Source of the DNA: Acidobacteriaceae bacterium
GTDB lineage: Bacteria > Acidobacteriota > Terriglobia > Terriglobales > Acidobacteriaceae
Assembly (NCBI GenBank): GCA_036500785.1
Contig: DASYBN010000055.1
Location: 1 to 36,394, forward strand
Direction: 5' to 3'
DNA: 36,394 bases
The translations under genes were made by a program, and so were the position numbers. Numbering within the stretch: position 1 is the first letter of the stretch; every line of letters starts with the position of its first letter. The notes under the pieces are model-generated. The model searched no databases. It saw only the letters and a list, made by a program, of their open reading frames with translations, and was not told the DNA's origin. Below, in pieces: positions 18,105-27,228 of this stretch.

Positions 18105-18512
18105 TTACCCTGTGCACTTCGCAGCTTGCGCGAACGCCCAGCGATCGGCGAGGACGAAGTTCGCGAGGCCGCAGAAGGCGATGGTGAGGACGTTGGCGAA
18201 GAGGACAGGCTGATGCGCGCAGCGGACAAAGAGGCGCATGAGCGCGAGGTTTCCGACAATCGACACAAGCCCATTGGTGGCGTGAAACCGAAGAAGCTGT
18301 CGCGCGCGCGTAGTTGATGATCGGTCGTGAGGCCATGTGTAGCGGAGATGCCAGGTGAAGTTGTGCAGAAGGGTAAGCTCGACCGCGAGACTTGACGTGA
18401 TCAGGTAATCGTGCGGGATCGCGCGGTTCAGCAGGGCCAGAGTGGCGAGCTGCACGGAGATGCCGAGTGCACCGACGATGTTGAAGCGGACCAGCCGCGT
18501 GAGCGTAGTCAT
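18105..18512 (-). CDS. GtrA-family small flippase-like membrane protein
   Basis: VRFNIVGALG, HNFTWHLRYTW and ANFVLADRWAF; four TM helices; ATGA overlap with the upstream gene. Confidence 0.85.
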   Translation of the reverse strand: MTTLTRLVRFNIVGALGISVQLATLALLNRAIPHDYLITSSLAVELTLLHNFTWHLRYTWPHDRSSTTRARQLLRFHATNGLVSIVGNLALMRLFVRCAHQPVLFANVLTIAFCGLANFVLADRWAFAQAAKCTG

Positions 18513-19189
18513 GCGAGCGGTTCCTCGCGAAAGAGCTGCGCGGCGTGGCGAATGGCCAGCACAAGAGTAAGAGCAAACATCGAGAGAGCGGCGATCACGC
18601 CACCGAGGTCAAAGAGGAGAACGCGGTGGCCGAGGATTTGCGCAAACGGGCTCCGCAGGAGAAAGAGATTGCCGACGATCAAGAGGATGCGGAGTTCGGT
18701 GGGGCCGAGGAGAAACTGCGAGAGCTCGAACCGGGCCAGGGTGTGAGTGGCGAGGAAGCTTTCGGCAGAGAGCAGGAGAAAACCGATGAGCATCGCGGCG
18801 CAAATGACCGTGTGGGCGAGGCCGGAGAGTGCGAGACCGGTGAAGAGTGCGGTAGCGCCGAATAGATCGGTGATGTGGTCGGCGTAGAAGCCGAACCGTG
18901 GGCGTTGCTGCTGTCGAACACGAGCGAGGGTACCGTCCAGGCTGTCGCCGAGCCAGTTGAGGAGAATGCAGCCGTTCACAGCAAGAAGAGCGAGCGGATG
19001 GGTGCGTGCGAGTGCGTAGAAGAGGCCGGCGCCGATTTGCGCTGAGAGGCCGAGGGTGGTCAGGTGATCCGAGGTGATGAGCCGGGGCGTGTGCCTTGCC
19101 AGATGCTCGAGGATGCGCCTTTCTCCAGAGGCGGTGAGGGAGCGGTGGATGCGCTGTGCAGGGATGTGGGTCAGTGTAGACATGGGCAT
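18509..19189 (-). CDS. CDP-alcohol phosphatidyltransferase family protein
   Basis: Complete signature DSLDGTLAR-x8-G-x3-D-x3-D, plus GPTELR. Confidence 0.88.
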   Translation of the reverse strand: MPMSTLTHIPAQRIHRSLTASGERRILEHLARHTPRLITSDHLTTLGLSAQIGAGLFYALARTHPLALLAVNGCILLNWLGDSLDGTLARVRQQQRPRFGFYADHITDLFGATALFTGLALSGLAHTVICAAMLIGFLLLSAESFLATHTLARFELSQFLLGPTELRILLIVGNLFLLRSPFAQILGHRVLLFDLGGVIAALSMFALTLVLAIRHAAQLFREEPLA

Positions 19190-19194
19190 GTCCT

Positions 19195-19989
19195 TTAGTG
19201 GTTATGGGTTAGCGCTTTGCGAGCGGAGGTGAGGGTGAAGACGAGGGAGTCGCGCGGAATGCTTTCGAGGTAAGGCTGGACGGCCCAGACGAGGCCGTGC
19301 GGGATGGACCGCGTGAGCGAGAGCGATTCGAGCTGGAGGTAGAGGCCGCCGTCGCGCTGCTCGTAGCTCCAGTAGGTGTTCAGGCGATAGAGGATGCCGT
19401 GGTCGCCGGTGGGAGCGATTTCGTCGATGCGGGTGCTGCGCGAGGTGGAGTATCGGTGCGCGGAGTCGAGCGCGGAGAAGGAGACGTCGCAGGTGGTGTC
19501 GAGCACAACAGTGAGGACATGGTGTTGGCGGGTGCGGAGCCGAAGGAGAGTGCTGGTGGGGGTTTGAGCGAGGATGGTGGAGGAGAGAATCTGCGGCGCG
19601 AAATTGTGCGGGTAGGCGGAGAAGTCGCGCAGGAGGCGCTCGAAATCTGCCGGCGTGGCGTTGGGGACGAAGCCAGTGGCGCGCCAGTCGTGGACGAGTG
19701 CGTCGGTGGGTTGGGTGTTTCGGGGAGGTGTCAGATCTTCGATGAGGAGATCGCCGGCGTGGAGCCGCGCGCGCGCGGCGGGATCTGCAGGGAGGACGAT
19801 AAAGCCACTTGGCGTGCGATGCTGTTGAGCCAGGCGGGATTCGAGCTGGGAGCTGTAGATGTTGAATCCAGCGATGGCGTCGGCAGAGGGTTGGGCGAAG
19901 AGACGCGGGACGCTGAGTAGAACAAGCAGGCCGCAAACGCACCAGAGGCGACGGAGCGGGACGTAGAGGGTGCTGGCGAGGCGGTTCAT
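19195..19989 (-). CDS. Exported hypothetical protein, probable START/SRPBCC helix-grip fold
   Basis: N-terminal signal peptide (...PRLFA/QP), beta-rich core and C-terminal amphipathic helix (IPHGLVWAVQPYLESIPRDSL). The fold is inferred. Confidence 0.65.
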   Translation of the reverse strand: MNRLASTLYVPLRRLWCVCGLLVLLSVPRLFAQPSADAIAGFNIYSSQLESRLAQQHRTPSGFIVLPADPAARARLHAGDLLIEDLTPPRNTQPTDALVHDWRATGFVPNATPADFERLLRDFSAYPHNFAPQILSSTILAQTPTSTLLRLRTRQHHVLTVVLDTTCDVSFSALDSAHRYSTSRSTRIDEIAPTGDHGILYRLNTYWSYEQRDGGLYLQLESLSLTRSIPHGLVWAVQPYLESIPRDSLVFTLTSARKALTHNH

Positions 19990-19996
19990 GTATGCG

Positions 19997-20025
19997 AGGT
20001 TGGCGACGAAAAACGTTTCGTGCAA
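19997..20025 (-). promoter_or_regulatory. Candidate leaderless sigma70 promoter with a palindrome
   Basis: TTGCAC-N17-CAACCT-7 nt-ATG(19989); inverted repeat ACGAAA-N4-TTTCGT at 20006-20021. Confidence 0.45.
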
Positions 20026-20153
20026 TGCAAGCGAGGTAACGCGCGCCAGAAATGAATCTCACGGTGGAAGTCGTTTTGCTTGTGAGGGATACACGGTGAT
20101 CTCAAATGCTGCGAGCGATCGTGAGCGGACCTGGTTTGGGTAGACTGGACCCG

Positions 20154-20999
20154 GTGATGCAGCGAGTGGCAGCAAGACGATACCGGTTCGGCGCGTTCGA
20201 GGCGGATGCGGCGACGGGCGAGTTGCGCAGGCAGGGCGTGCGGGTGCGTCTGCACGCTCAGCCGTTCCAGGTGCTGATCATGCTGGCCGAGCGTGCCGGT
20301 GAGGTGGTGACCCGGGAGGAGATCAGCCGGGAGCTGTGGCCGGAAGGCACGTTCGTCGACTACGAGCATGGTGTCAACTCGGCGGTGAACCGGATACGCG
20401 AGGCGTTGGGCGACCGAGCGGCGAGCTCGCGGTTCGTAGAGACGCTGGCCAGGCGTGGATATCGGTTTGTGGCTCCTGTGCAGCGGATTCCTCCAGACGA
20501 TGTGGAGCAAGAGGCACGCCCGCTACCGGCCGTTGTTGAAGAGCGGAGATTCTGGACAAGCCTACTGGCGACAACCGAGGATTTGCCGCGGAGTTCGCAC
20601 CAGGTGGTGCGGACCCTGTTTCTGCTGCTGCAGGTGATGTATCTGGCTTTTTACGTGGGCGCACTGGCGAATCTGAACGAGATTGGCGAGTTGTTGAGCC
20701 CGCTGAGCTACGCCCACGTGGCGTTCCGGGTGATTGTCGTGACGGCCGCGGTGCTGATTCCGGTGCGGGTGTTTGTTCTATGCGCTGTGCTGTTTCGTGC
20801 ACCGCGGGCGCGAGAGAAGTTTTTGCGGATATGGCCGGGATTGCTGGTGATGGATCTCCTGTGGGCGGCATGCCCGGCGCTGCTGCTGCATCACATCAGC
20901 GTAGGGCTGGCGGTTGCGGCTATGCCGCTGCTGGTGTATTCGCCGTTTGCGCAGCGCGCGCTCGTGCTGATGGGCGCGTCGCTGGGATTAGAAGGCTGA
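20154..20999 (+). CDS. Membrane-anchored OmpR/CadC-type winged-helix regulator
   Basis: YRFGAFE, QPFQVL..L, VVTREE, AVNRIREALGD and ETLARRGYRF, followed by about 4 TM helices and no periplasmic domain; GTG 20154 or ATG 20157. Confidence 0.88.
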   Translation: MMQRVAARRYRFGAFEADAATGELRRQGVRVRLHAQPFQVLIMLAERAGEVVTREEISRELWPEGTFVDYEHGVNSAVNRIREALGDRAASSRFVETLARRGYRFVAPVQRIPPDDVEQEARPLPAVVEERRFWTSLLATTEDLPRSSHQVVRTLFLLLQVMYLAFYVGALANLNEIGELLSPLSYAHVAFRVIVVTAAVLIPVRVFVLCAVLFRAPRAREKFLRIWPGLLVMDLLWAACPALLLHHISVGLAVAAMPLLVYSPFAQRALVLMGASLGLEG

Positions 21000-21008
21000 C
21001 TTGCAAGT
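20999..21008. promoter_or_regulatory. Candidate MarR operator
   Basis: Perfect palindrome ACTTGCAAGT 30 nt upstream of marR, overlapping a TTGCAA -35-like hexamer. Confidence 0.4.
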
Positions 21009-21038
21009 TTGCCTGTCCATCTGAGAGGATGGACGAGT

Positions 21039-21464
21039 ATGGCGCGGAAGCCGCAACTCGAGTTGCAGGAGTTTACGCAGGCGATCGGGATGCTGGTGCG
21101 CAGAGTGCGCGCGGCCGGGCGCACGCATGAGCTTTCGTTGACGGAATCAGCGGTGCTGGCGAGGCTGGACCGAGAAGGGCCGGCGACAACGGCGGAGCTG
21201 GCGCGCGCCGAAGGGGTGACGCCGCAGTCGATGGGGGCGACGGTGGCCGCGCTGGAGCGAGTGGGAATGATCCGGCGCACGCCGCATGCGACCGACGGAA
21301 GGCAGAGGCTGATTACGCTGACGGCAAAGGGAGCAGCGGTGCGCAAGAGTGTGAAGGACGCCAAGCATACCTGGCTCGCGGAGGCAGTGAGCAGGCTCCA
21401 CAAGGGTGAGCGGGAGACGTTGTTTCGCGCGGGCGAGATCCTGCGGCGGCTGGCGGAACAGTGA
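21039..21464 (+). CDS. MarR-family transcriptional regulator
   Basis: ELARAEGVTPQSMGATVAALERVG and DGRQRLITLTAKG. Confidence 0.92.
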   Translation: MARKPQLELQEFTQAIGMLVRRVRAAGRTHELSLTESAVLARLDREGPATTAELARAEGVTPQSMGATVAALERVGMIRRTPHATDGRQRLITLTAKGAAVRKSVKDAKHTWLAEAVSRLHKGERETLFRAGEILRRLAEQ

Positions 21465-22804
21465 AGAGGCCCGAGGTGAGTTTGGAGAAGAAGAGCGCGC
21501 AGCCGATGGGGTCGATGTCGCACGCGTGGCGGGCGCTGCGGCACAGAAATTTTCGCCTGTACTTTGCGGGGCAGGGCACGTCCCTGATGGGAACCTGGAT
21601 GACGCGGCTGGCGACGAGCTGGCTGGTTTACCGGCTGACGCACTCGGCACTCCTGCTTGGTGTCGTGAGCTTTGCAGGACAGATTCTTACGTTTCTTCTA
21701 GCACCCATTGCCGGCGTGTGGGTGGAGCGGCTCGATCGCAGAAAGCTGCTTGTATGGACGCAGGCCGCGGCGGCGGTGCAATCGCTGGGGATGGCCGCAT
21801 TGACACTGGCGCACAGGATCACGCTTTGGGAAATTATCGGCTTGGCGGCGATGCAGGGCGTGATAAACGCGTTCGACATGCCGGGGAGGCAGTCGTTCCT
21901 GGTGCAGATGGTGGAGGACCGGGACGACCTGCCGAATGCGATTGCGATCAATTCGTCGATGGTGAATGCAGCACGCCTGGTGGGGCCGGCGATCGCCGGT
22001 GTGGTAGTGGCGGGAATCGGCGAGGGATGGTGCTTTCTGATCGACGGCGTAAGCTACTTTGCGGTGATTGCGTCGCTGCTGATGATGCGGATCGAACGCG
22101 GTGTGGCGCGCCGGCACACGCAGAGCATGTTGGAGCAAATGCGCGAGGGCTGGGATTATGTGCGCGGCTTCCGCCCGATTCGGGTGGCGCTGACACTGTT
22201 TGCCGTTGTGAGCTTGATGGGATGGCCGTATGCGGTGCTGCTGCCGATGTTCGCGGGGCAGGTACTGCATGGAGGAGCGCACACGCTGGGCTGGCTGACC
22301 GGAGCGAGCGGGATCGGCGCGCTGATTTCGGCGGTGTCGCTGGCTATGCGCAAGTCGGTGATCGGGCTGACGCGGATGATTCAGATCGCAGCCGCAACGT
22401 TTGGTGCTGGGCTGATCCTGTTTGGGATGTCGCATGTGCTGTGGTTGTCGCTGCTGCTGCTGATGTTCGTGGGGTTCGGGATGATGCAGTGCGCGGCGGC
22501 GGTGAACACAGTGATTCAATCGCTCGTGACAGAGGACAAGCGGGCGCGCGTGATGAGCTATTACACGATGGCGTTTGTAGGGACGGCGCCGTTTGGAAGC
22601 TTGCTGGCAGGCATGCTGGCGCACAAGATTGGCGCGCCGCACACGGTGATGATTACCGGTGCGTGCTGCGTGGCAGGAGCGTTGTGGTTCACGGTGCAGC
22701 TGCCGAAGGTGAATGAGGCGATGCTGCCGGTGTATCGGGCTGAGGGCCTGCTGCCGATGAGCGACGATGCAGATTTGTGTGTGGAAGAGAGCAGCGCGGC
22801 CTAA
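21461..22804 (+). CDS. MFS transporter (MFS_3/DHA3-like)
   Basis: ALRHRNFRLYF, GVWVERLDRRKLL and NAARLVGPAIAG; 12 TM pattern; GTGA overlap with marR. Confidence 0.9.
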   Translation: MKRPEVSLEKKSAQPMGSMSHAWRALRHRNFRLYFAGQGTSLMGTWMTRLATSWLVYRLTHSALLLGVVSFAGQILTFLLAPIAGVWVERLDRRKLLVWTQAAAAVQSLGMAALTLAHRITLWEIIGLAAMQGVINAFDMPGRQSFLVQMVEDRDDLPNAIAINSSMVNAARLVGPAIAGVVVAGIGEGWCFLIDGVSYFAVIASLLMMRIERGVARRHTQSMLEQMREGWDYVRGFRPIRVALTLFAVVSLMGWPYAVLLPMFAGQVLHGGAHTLGWLTGASGIGALISAVSLAMRKSVIGLTRMIQIAAATFGAGLILFGMSHVLWLSLLLLMFVGFGMMQCAAAVNTVIQSLVTEDKRARVMSYYTMAFVGTAPFGSLLAGMLAHKIGAPHTVMITGACCVAGALWFTVQLPKVNEAMLPVYRAEGLLPMSDDADLCVEESSAA

Positions 22805-22817
22805 GGAGGAGAAGCTG

Positions 22818-23126
22818 ATGCATTGGTATAGCTACGTGGCGTGTTTCTTTGCCGGGATGTTTCTGGGGAATGCGGTGCCGCACTTTGTGCATGGCATCTC
22901 GGGCGATCCGTTTCCTTCGCCCTTTGCGAAGCCACCGGGGAAGGGGCTGTCATCAGCGCCCGTCAATGTTGTGTGGGCGCTGGTGAACCTTGTGATCGGA
23001 TGGATCTTATTTTGTGCGGGGCATGTGGCGAGTGGCGCATGGCCGGCCCGGGTGGTCTTCTTCGCGGGGATTGCGGTGATCAGCGTGTTGATGAGCGTGC
23101 AGTTTCAGCATAAGCACGCCAGGTGA
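22818..23126 (+). CDS. Small membrane protein (3 TM), function unknown
   Basis: AAGGAGG RBS; NAVPHFVHGISG..FPSPFA.PPG.GLSS..VNV.W conserved-looking motif. Confidence 0.75.
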   Translation: MHWYSYVACFFAGMFLGNAVPHFVHGISGDPFPSPFAKPPGKGLSSAPVNVVWALVNLVIGWILFCAGHVASGAWPARVVFFAGIAVISVLMSVQFQHKHAR

Positions 23127-23179
23127 TGTCGGCCGGCGCGGAAAGCAATTGGGGGGAAGACCAGAAAGGAAAGTGAGAA

Positions 23180-23731
23180 ATGGCATTGACGCATTTGGAT
23201 GAGAAGTCGGCCTTGATCGTGATCGATCTGCAGAAGGGGATCACGGGGTTTGTGGAGTCGGCGACGGAGATTGTCGCCAAGTCGGCGGAGCTGGCTAGGG
23301 CATTTCGTGCGAAGGGGCTGCCGGTCGTGCTGGTAAATGTGGCGGGCAGGGCTCCGGGACGTACCGAAGCGGGAATTCCGAAGGGGCTGACCTTTGCGCC
23401 GGACTGGGCGGAGCTGGTGCCGGAACTCGGACAGCAGACCAGTGATCTTCTGATGACGAAACATCGCGTGGGCTCGTTTCTCGGGACAAATTTAGATGAG
23501 CTGCTGCGCGAGCGTGGCGTTACGCAGGTGTTCTTTACCGGGATCGCGACGGGAAGCGGCGTGGAGTCGACGGCGCGGAGTGCGTATGATCTCGGCTATA
23601 ACGTGGTGTTTGTGGTGGATGCTATGACGGACCGGGATCCTGAGATCCATCGGCACTGCGTGACGAAAGCGTTTCCGAAGCTCGGTGAGATGGAGACGAC
23701 GGAAGGTGTCCTGCAGGTGCTACGCGGTTAG
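23180..23731 (+). CDS. Isochorismatase-family hydrolase (YecD-like)
   Basis: ALIVIDLQ, TKHR, GIATGSGVESTARSAYDLGY and DAMTD. Confidence 0.9.
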   Translation: MALTHLDEKSALIVIDLQKGITGFVESATEIVAKSAELARAFRAKGLPVVLVNVAGRAPGRTEAGIPKGLTFAPDWAELVPELGQQTSDLLMTKHRVGSFLGTNLDELLRERGVTQVFFTGIATGSGVESTARSAYDLGYNVVFVVDAMTDRDPEIHRHCVTKAFPKLGEMETTEGVLQVLRG

Positions 23732-23825
23732 TTGCTTTGTCGCGGGTTTAGCAATTCACCCAGGAACGAGAGCGCCGCGCGAACCTGTGCAGGACTGGAA
23801 GGAGTGGCGTGGTAGATTGGCTGCC

Positions 23826-24173
23826 ATGATCCTCCTGGTCGAAATTGAGACTGCTAGCCCCGGCGTTGCTGTCGTGCGGTTTACGGGTGCGCTGACGCTG
23901 GGCACGAGCCTGCATACGGCCGACTCGCAGATACAGAAGGCGATCAATCAGGGAGCCCCCAACATAATTCTGGATATGGCGGGCGTTCCTTATATGGACA
24001 GTGCAGGATTAGGCGCGCTAGTGCAGGCTTCCGGGCTCGCGAGGCAGCACGGTGGGGAGTTGCGGCTCTCCGGAGTGTCGGAGCGGGTTGCGGAGTTGAT
24101 CAGGATGACGCGGACGGAGAGTCTTCTGCCGATGGACGCTGATGTGGACGCGAGTTTGAAGGCGCTCGGCTAG
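23826..24173 (+). CDS. STAS-domain anti-sigma-factor antagonist
   Basis: LDMAGVPYMDSAGLGALV with the phosphorylatable Ser; 115 aa. Confidence 0.88.
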   Translation: MILLVEIETASPGVAVVRFTGALTLGTSLHTADSQIQKAINQGAPNIILDMAGVPYMDSAGLGALVQASGLARQHGGELRLSGVSERVAELIRMTRTESLLPMDADVDASLKALG

Positions 24174-24223
24174 AGGCAGGAGTTTTCCAGTGGCAGCTCC
24201 CGAATCTCAGATGGAACTGAGGG

Positions 24224-25984
24224 CTATTGTGTTTCGGTGAAGGTCTCGCTGCTTCTGGCCGTTTCCTCTGAACGATGCTTCACATCGGCTTGAAGGAGAG
24301 CCGAGAGATTCGCCGCGGCGTCTTCGATGATCCGACAGATAGCAGTAGCTTTCTCAACGGGGAGGCTATAGGGATCCTGAATCTCGATGGCCGGCGTAGA
24401 GGCAAAGAGGCCCAGAAACGTCATCTTCGATTTGGCGGAAGGAAATCGATTAAGTATTTCCCGCAAATTGTGCCGATCCATTATCAAGACGAGATCTGCC
24501 TGATCGATCAACTCTGCGGTGAGCTGGCGTGATCGGTGGGAGCCCAAGTCCACTCCCACGAGGCGAGCGGCGCGCTGCATGTTTGCTGGTGAAAGGCGTC
24601 CTGATTTTGGATAGAACCCAGCCGAGGAGACAACGCAGGTTGGCAGCTTGCGACTCAGCAAGTATTCCGCGAGCGGACTACGGCAAATGTTCCCGCGACA
24701 GACAAAGAGGATGTTTTTCCCCTCCTTTGTGGAATCACGGATTTGAGCAAGGATTCGCGGGTGCTCTTTTCGCACAAAATTCCGTGAGTGGATGCGCCAC
24801 CGGATCTTCGCTGTCGCCGCAGAGAATTTCTTCGCGACAAAAGAACGAATCAGACGGAAGGTGATGCCGAGATCGCCGAAGTCGAAGTGATCCCAGCTCT
24901 CCGCGAAGAGAAGCGGGCGCAGAAACTCAAGAGCTGAGCGAAGCCGCGGACGAACCAGCAGCTGTGGATTGCTGCGGTCGGCGCGGAGATTGGCGATCTG
25001 CCAATCGAGATCGCGGGTAAGGTTGCGGGTGTAGTAGCCGACTCTGTACATGGTCTGCGGGGGAAGCGGATCTCCCGTGGCGAGCGCGAGCAGATCGCGA
25101 GGAAAGTCGACTCCAGCATCAATGGCAAGCCCAAGCGAGCCCCAGAGGCGGGCATTGATCTCAATGAGATACGCCTTGCCTTCTGAATCGACCTTCCACT
25201 CGACCATCGCGACGCCATGCCAGCGTAGAGCCTCGAGTAAAGCGATGGAGTGCGCGAGAAGTTGCTGCGGTGGCGTGATGGATACTCGGTAGGAGCTGCC
25301 GCCGCCGGTTAAGGGAAGCTCGTGAACCCGGCGGTGTGCGAAGTAGCGCACAACGCGCCCGCGATCGAAGAGGAGCTCGATGCCTACGCCGACGCCGCGA
25401 ACGAGGCTTTGGACCTGGAAGGAGAAAGCAGGCAGAGCGGACAGTGTGTCACGCATCTCTTCGGCTGTGTGAGCGTAGGAGACGCGCAGATCGAGAAGGT
25501 TGTCGCCCTGAATTTGCTTGCTGCGAACAGGCTTCACGGCGACAGGAAAGCCAAACGGTAGAGGAGGAATCGAATCGGCGCGCGCGGTTACGGATGGAGG
25601 GACGGGTACTGCTAACGACTGAGCGAGTTGCCAGACGCGGTCCTTGTCGATTGCCAGCTGCAGGGACTCGCGCGGCGGAAGCACAGCTTTAGAGTAAAGA
25701 TCTTCGTAACCGGAGGAGTTGGCGAAGGCCATTAGAGAGCGCTCTGTCGACGGGACGATTAGATCGAAGTTGAAGCGCTGGTCGAGCGTGTCCACCCAGG
25801 GAAGAATTGCATCCGGATGCTCGGGCTGGATGTGGCCATGGGCGCAACGGCGAGAGTGCAGGATGAGGGCGTCGCTCGCGGGGCAGGCGGCGTGGACCTC
25901 CACTCCGGCGCGGCCGAGCGATTGCGCAGACTCGATGCCCGCGGCGTAATCTGCGTCAAGGATGAGGGCGCGGCGTTTGGGCAC
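24224..25984 (-). CDS. ATP-grasp ligase fused to a C-terminal low-molecular-weight protein tyrosine phosphatase
   Basis: FPVAVKP, AMVEWK and IEINARLWGS (ATP-grasp); FVCRGNICRSPLAE and IQDPY (LMW-PTP). Confidence 0.85.
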   Translation of the reverse strand: MPKRRALILDADYAAGIESAQSLGRAGVEVHAACPASDALILHSRRCAHGHIQPEHPDAILPWVDTLDQRFNFDLIVPSTERSLMAFANSSGYEDLYSKAVLPPRESLQLAIDKDRVWQLAQSLAVPVPPSVTARADSIPPLPFGFPVAVKPVRSKQIQGDNLLDLRVSYAHTAEEMRDTLSALPAFSFQVQSLVRGVGVGIELLFDRGRVVRYFAHRRVHELPLTGGGSSYRVSITPPQQLLAHSIALLEALRWHGVAMVEWKVDSEGKAYLIEINARLWGSLGLAIDAGVDFPRDLLALATGDPLPPQTMYRVGYYTRNLTRDLDWQIANLRADRSNPQLLVRPRLRSALEFLRPLLFAESWDHFDFGDLGITFRLIRSFVAKKFSAATAKIRWRIHSRNFVRKEHPRILAQIRDSTKEGKNILFVCRGNICRSPLAEYLLSRKLPTCVVSSAGFYPKSGRLSPANMQRAARLVGVDLGSHRSRQLTAELIDQADLVLIMDRHNLREILNRFPSAKSKMTFLGLFASTPAIEIQDPYSLPVEKATAICRIIEDAAANLSALLQADVKHRSEETARSSETFTETQ

Positions 25985-25985
25985 G

Positions 25986-27026
25986 TTAATAGGGTAGTCT
26001 TCCGAGCGACGTCATCCACGATATTTGATTGCGAAAGACGAGCTCATCCGGCTCGAAACTGTTACGAAGAAGATTGGTCGGACGGAACCTGTCGGGTATG
26101 TTGACGCCACCATAGAAAGAGAAGCAGAGCTTATAGCCGGCATCGGCGGAGAGACGCTCTGTGCTCGGGGTGAAGGCCGTCGTACTGCCGACCGGATAGG
26201 CGAGCGTGAGAACGGGACGCTGCATGTGCTGCTCGAGAATGCTGCGAGATTGAGTCAGCTCCTGTCGCTGCTGCTCTTCAGAGAGCTGACTGAGAATTCT
26301 GTGGCTAAAAGTATGAGAGCCGATGACCATGCCGGCTGCCTGCATCTCGTTTGCTTCATTCCAGTCGAGAAAACGCCGGCCTGGGTGGGGGATCTCACAG
26401 CCGGCAGCGGCTTGAAGGTGGTTGAGGAATTCGTCCTGACGGATGTTGTCGGCGCGCTTGTAGTGGCGGAGAACGGCCAGGATAGCGCGCTCCCGATCAC
26501 CTTCGAGTGGCACGGTCAAGGGTACGGGAATGTCCAGCGTGAGCGCAGAGTGAGGACTGTTGCGCACGAGATACGCGATGGCGTCCCACCACGGCACTGT
26601 GTTAGTGCCGACGTATGTGGGCACAAGGAAGAAAGTGGCGGCGCAGCCATGATGGCGAAGGACATCGAACGTGTTGGTGTAGTTGTCGAGGTATCCGTCA
26701 TCGAAGGTGACGGCCACGTGCATGCGCTTGAGAGGCTTGCCGGAGGTCCCCAGAGCCAGGAGCTCTTCTCCCGCGACGATAGGGAAGCGGCGCTTGAGGT
26801 AAGCGATCTGACGATCCAGTTGCTCGACGGTGGCGCTGAAGACTCCGCGGTCGAAACGGGAGCTACCGGGATTCCCAATGCGGTGGTGATTGATGACGAG
26901 AATGCCTGGCTTTGAGCCGGCGAACTCGATTAGCCGTGTGATGCCAAGCGCTTGCATCGCGCGAGCGAGTCGTGCTCGTTTAGACTGGCTCGGCTGCCTG
27001 GCAGTGGGGACAGACAAAGCGATCAC
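25986..27026 (-). CDS. CE4 polysaccharide deacetylase (PgaB/IcaB-like)
   Basis: VTFDDGY, GSHTFSH and LAYPVG motifs; start uncertain (GTG 27026 after GGAG, or ATG 26957). Confidence 0.85.
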   Translation of the reverse strand: MIALSVPTARQPSQSKRARLARAMQALGITRLIEFAGSKPGILVINHHRIGNPGSSRFDRGVFSATVEQLDRQIAYLKRRFPIVAGEELLALGTSGKPLKRMHVAVTFDDGYLDNYTNTFDVLRHHGCAATFFLVPTYVGTNTVPWWDAIAYLVRNSPHSALTLDIPVPLTVPLEGDRERAILAVLRHYKRADNIRQDEFLNHLQAAAGCEIPHPGRRFLDWNEANEMQAAGMVIGSHTFSHRILSQLSEEQQRQELTQSRSILEQHMQRPVLTLAYPVGSTTAFTPSTERLSADAGYKLCFSFYGGVNIPDRFRPTNLLRNSFEPDELVFRNQISWMTSLGRLPY

Positions 27027-27228
27027 CCAACTCCATAGTATGCCCGCTAACGAATGGCGGCGGGCGGAGGTTATCACGGGATACGATGTAGTCCGATGAC
27101 GCACGAGAGCGACCTTATGCGGAAACAGTTGGGCGTGCTGTATGGGATGTTAGGTCGATGTGATCTTCCTCCAATGACACGGACAAAAATTTCTGCGCTT
27201 ACATTCCCAATGTGGTATCTATCGGCGC

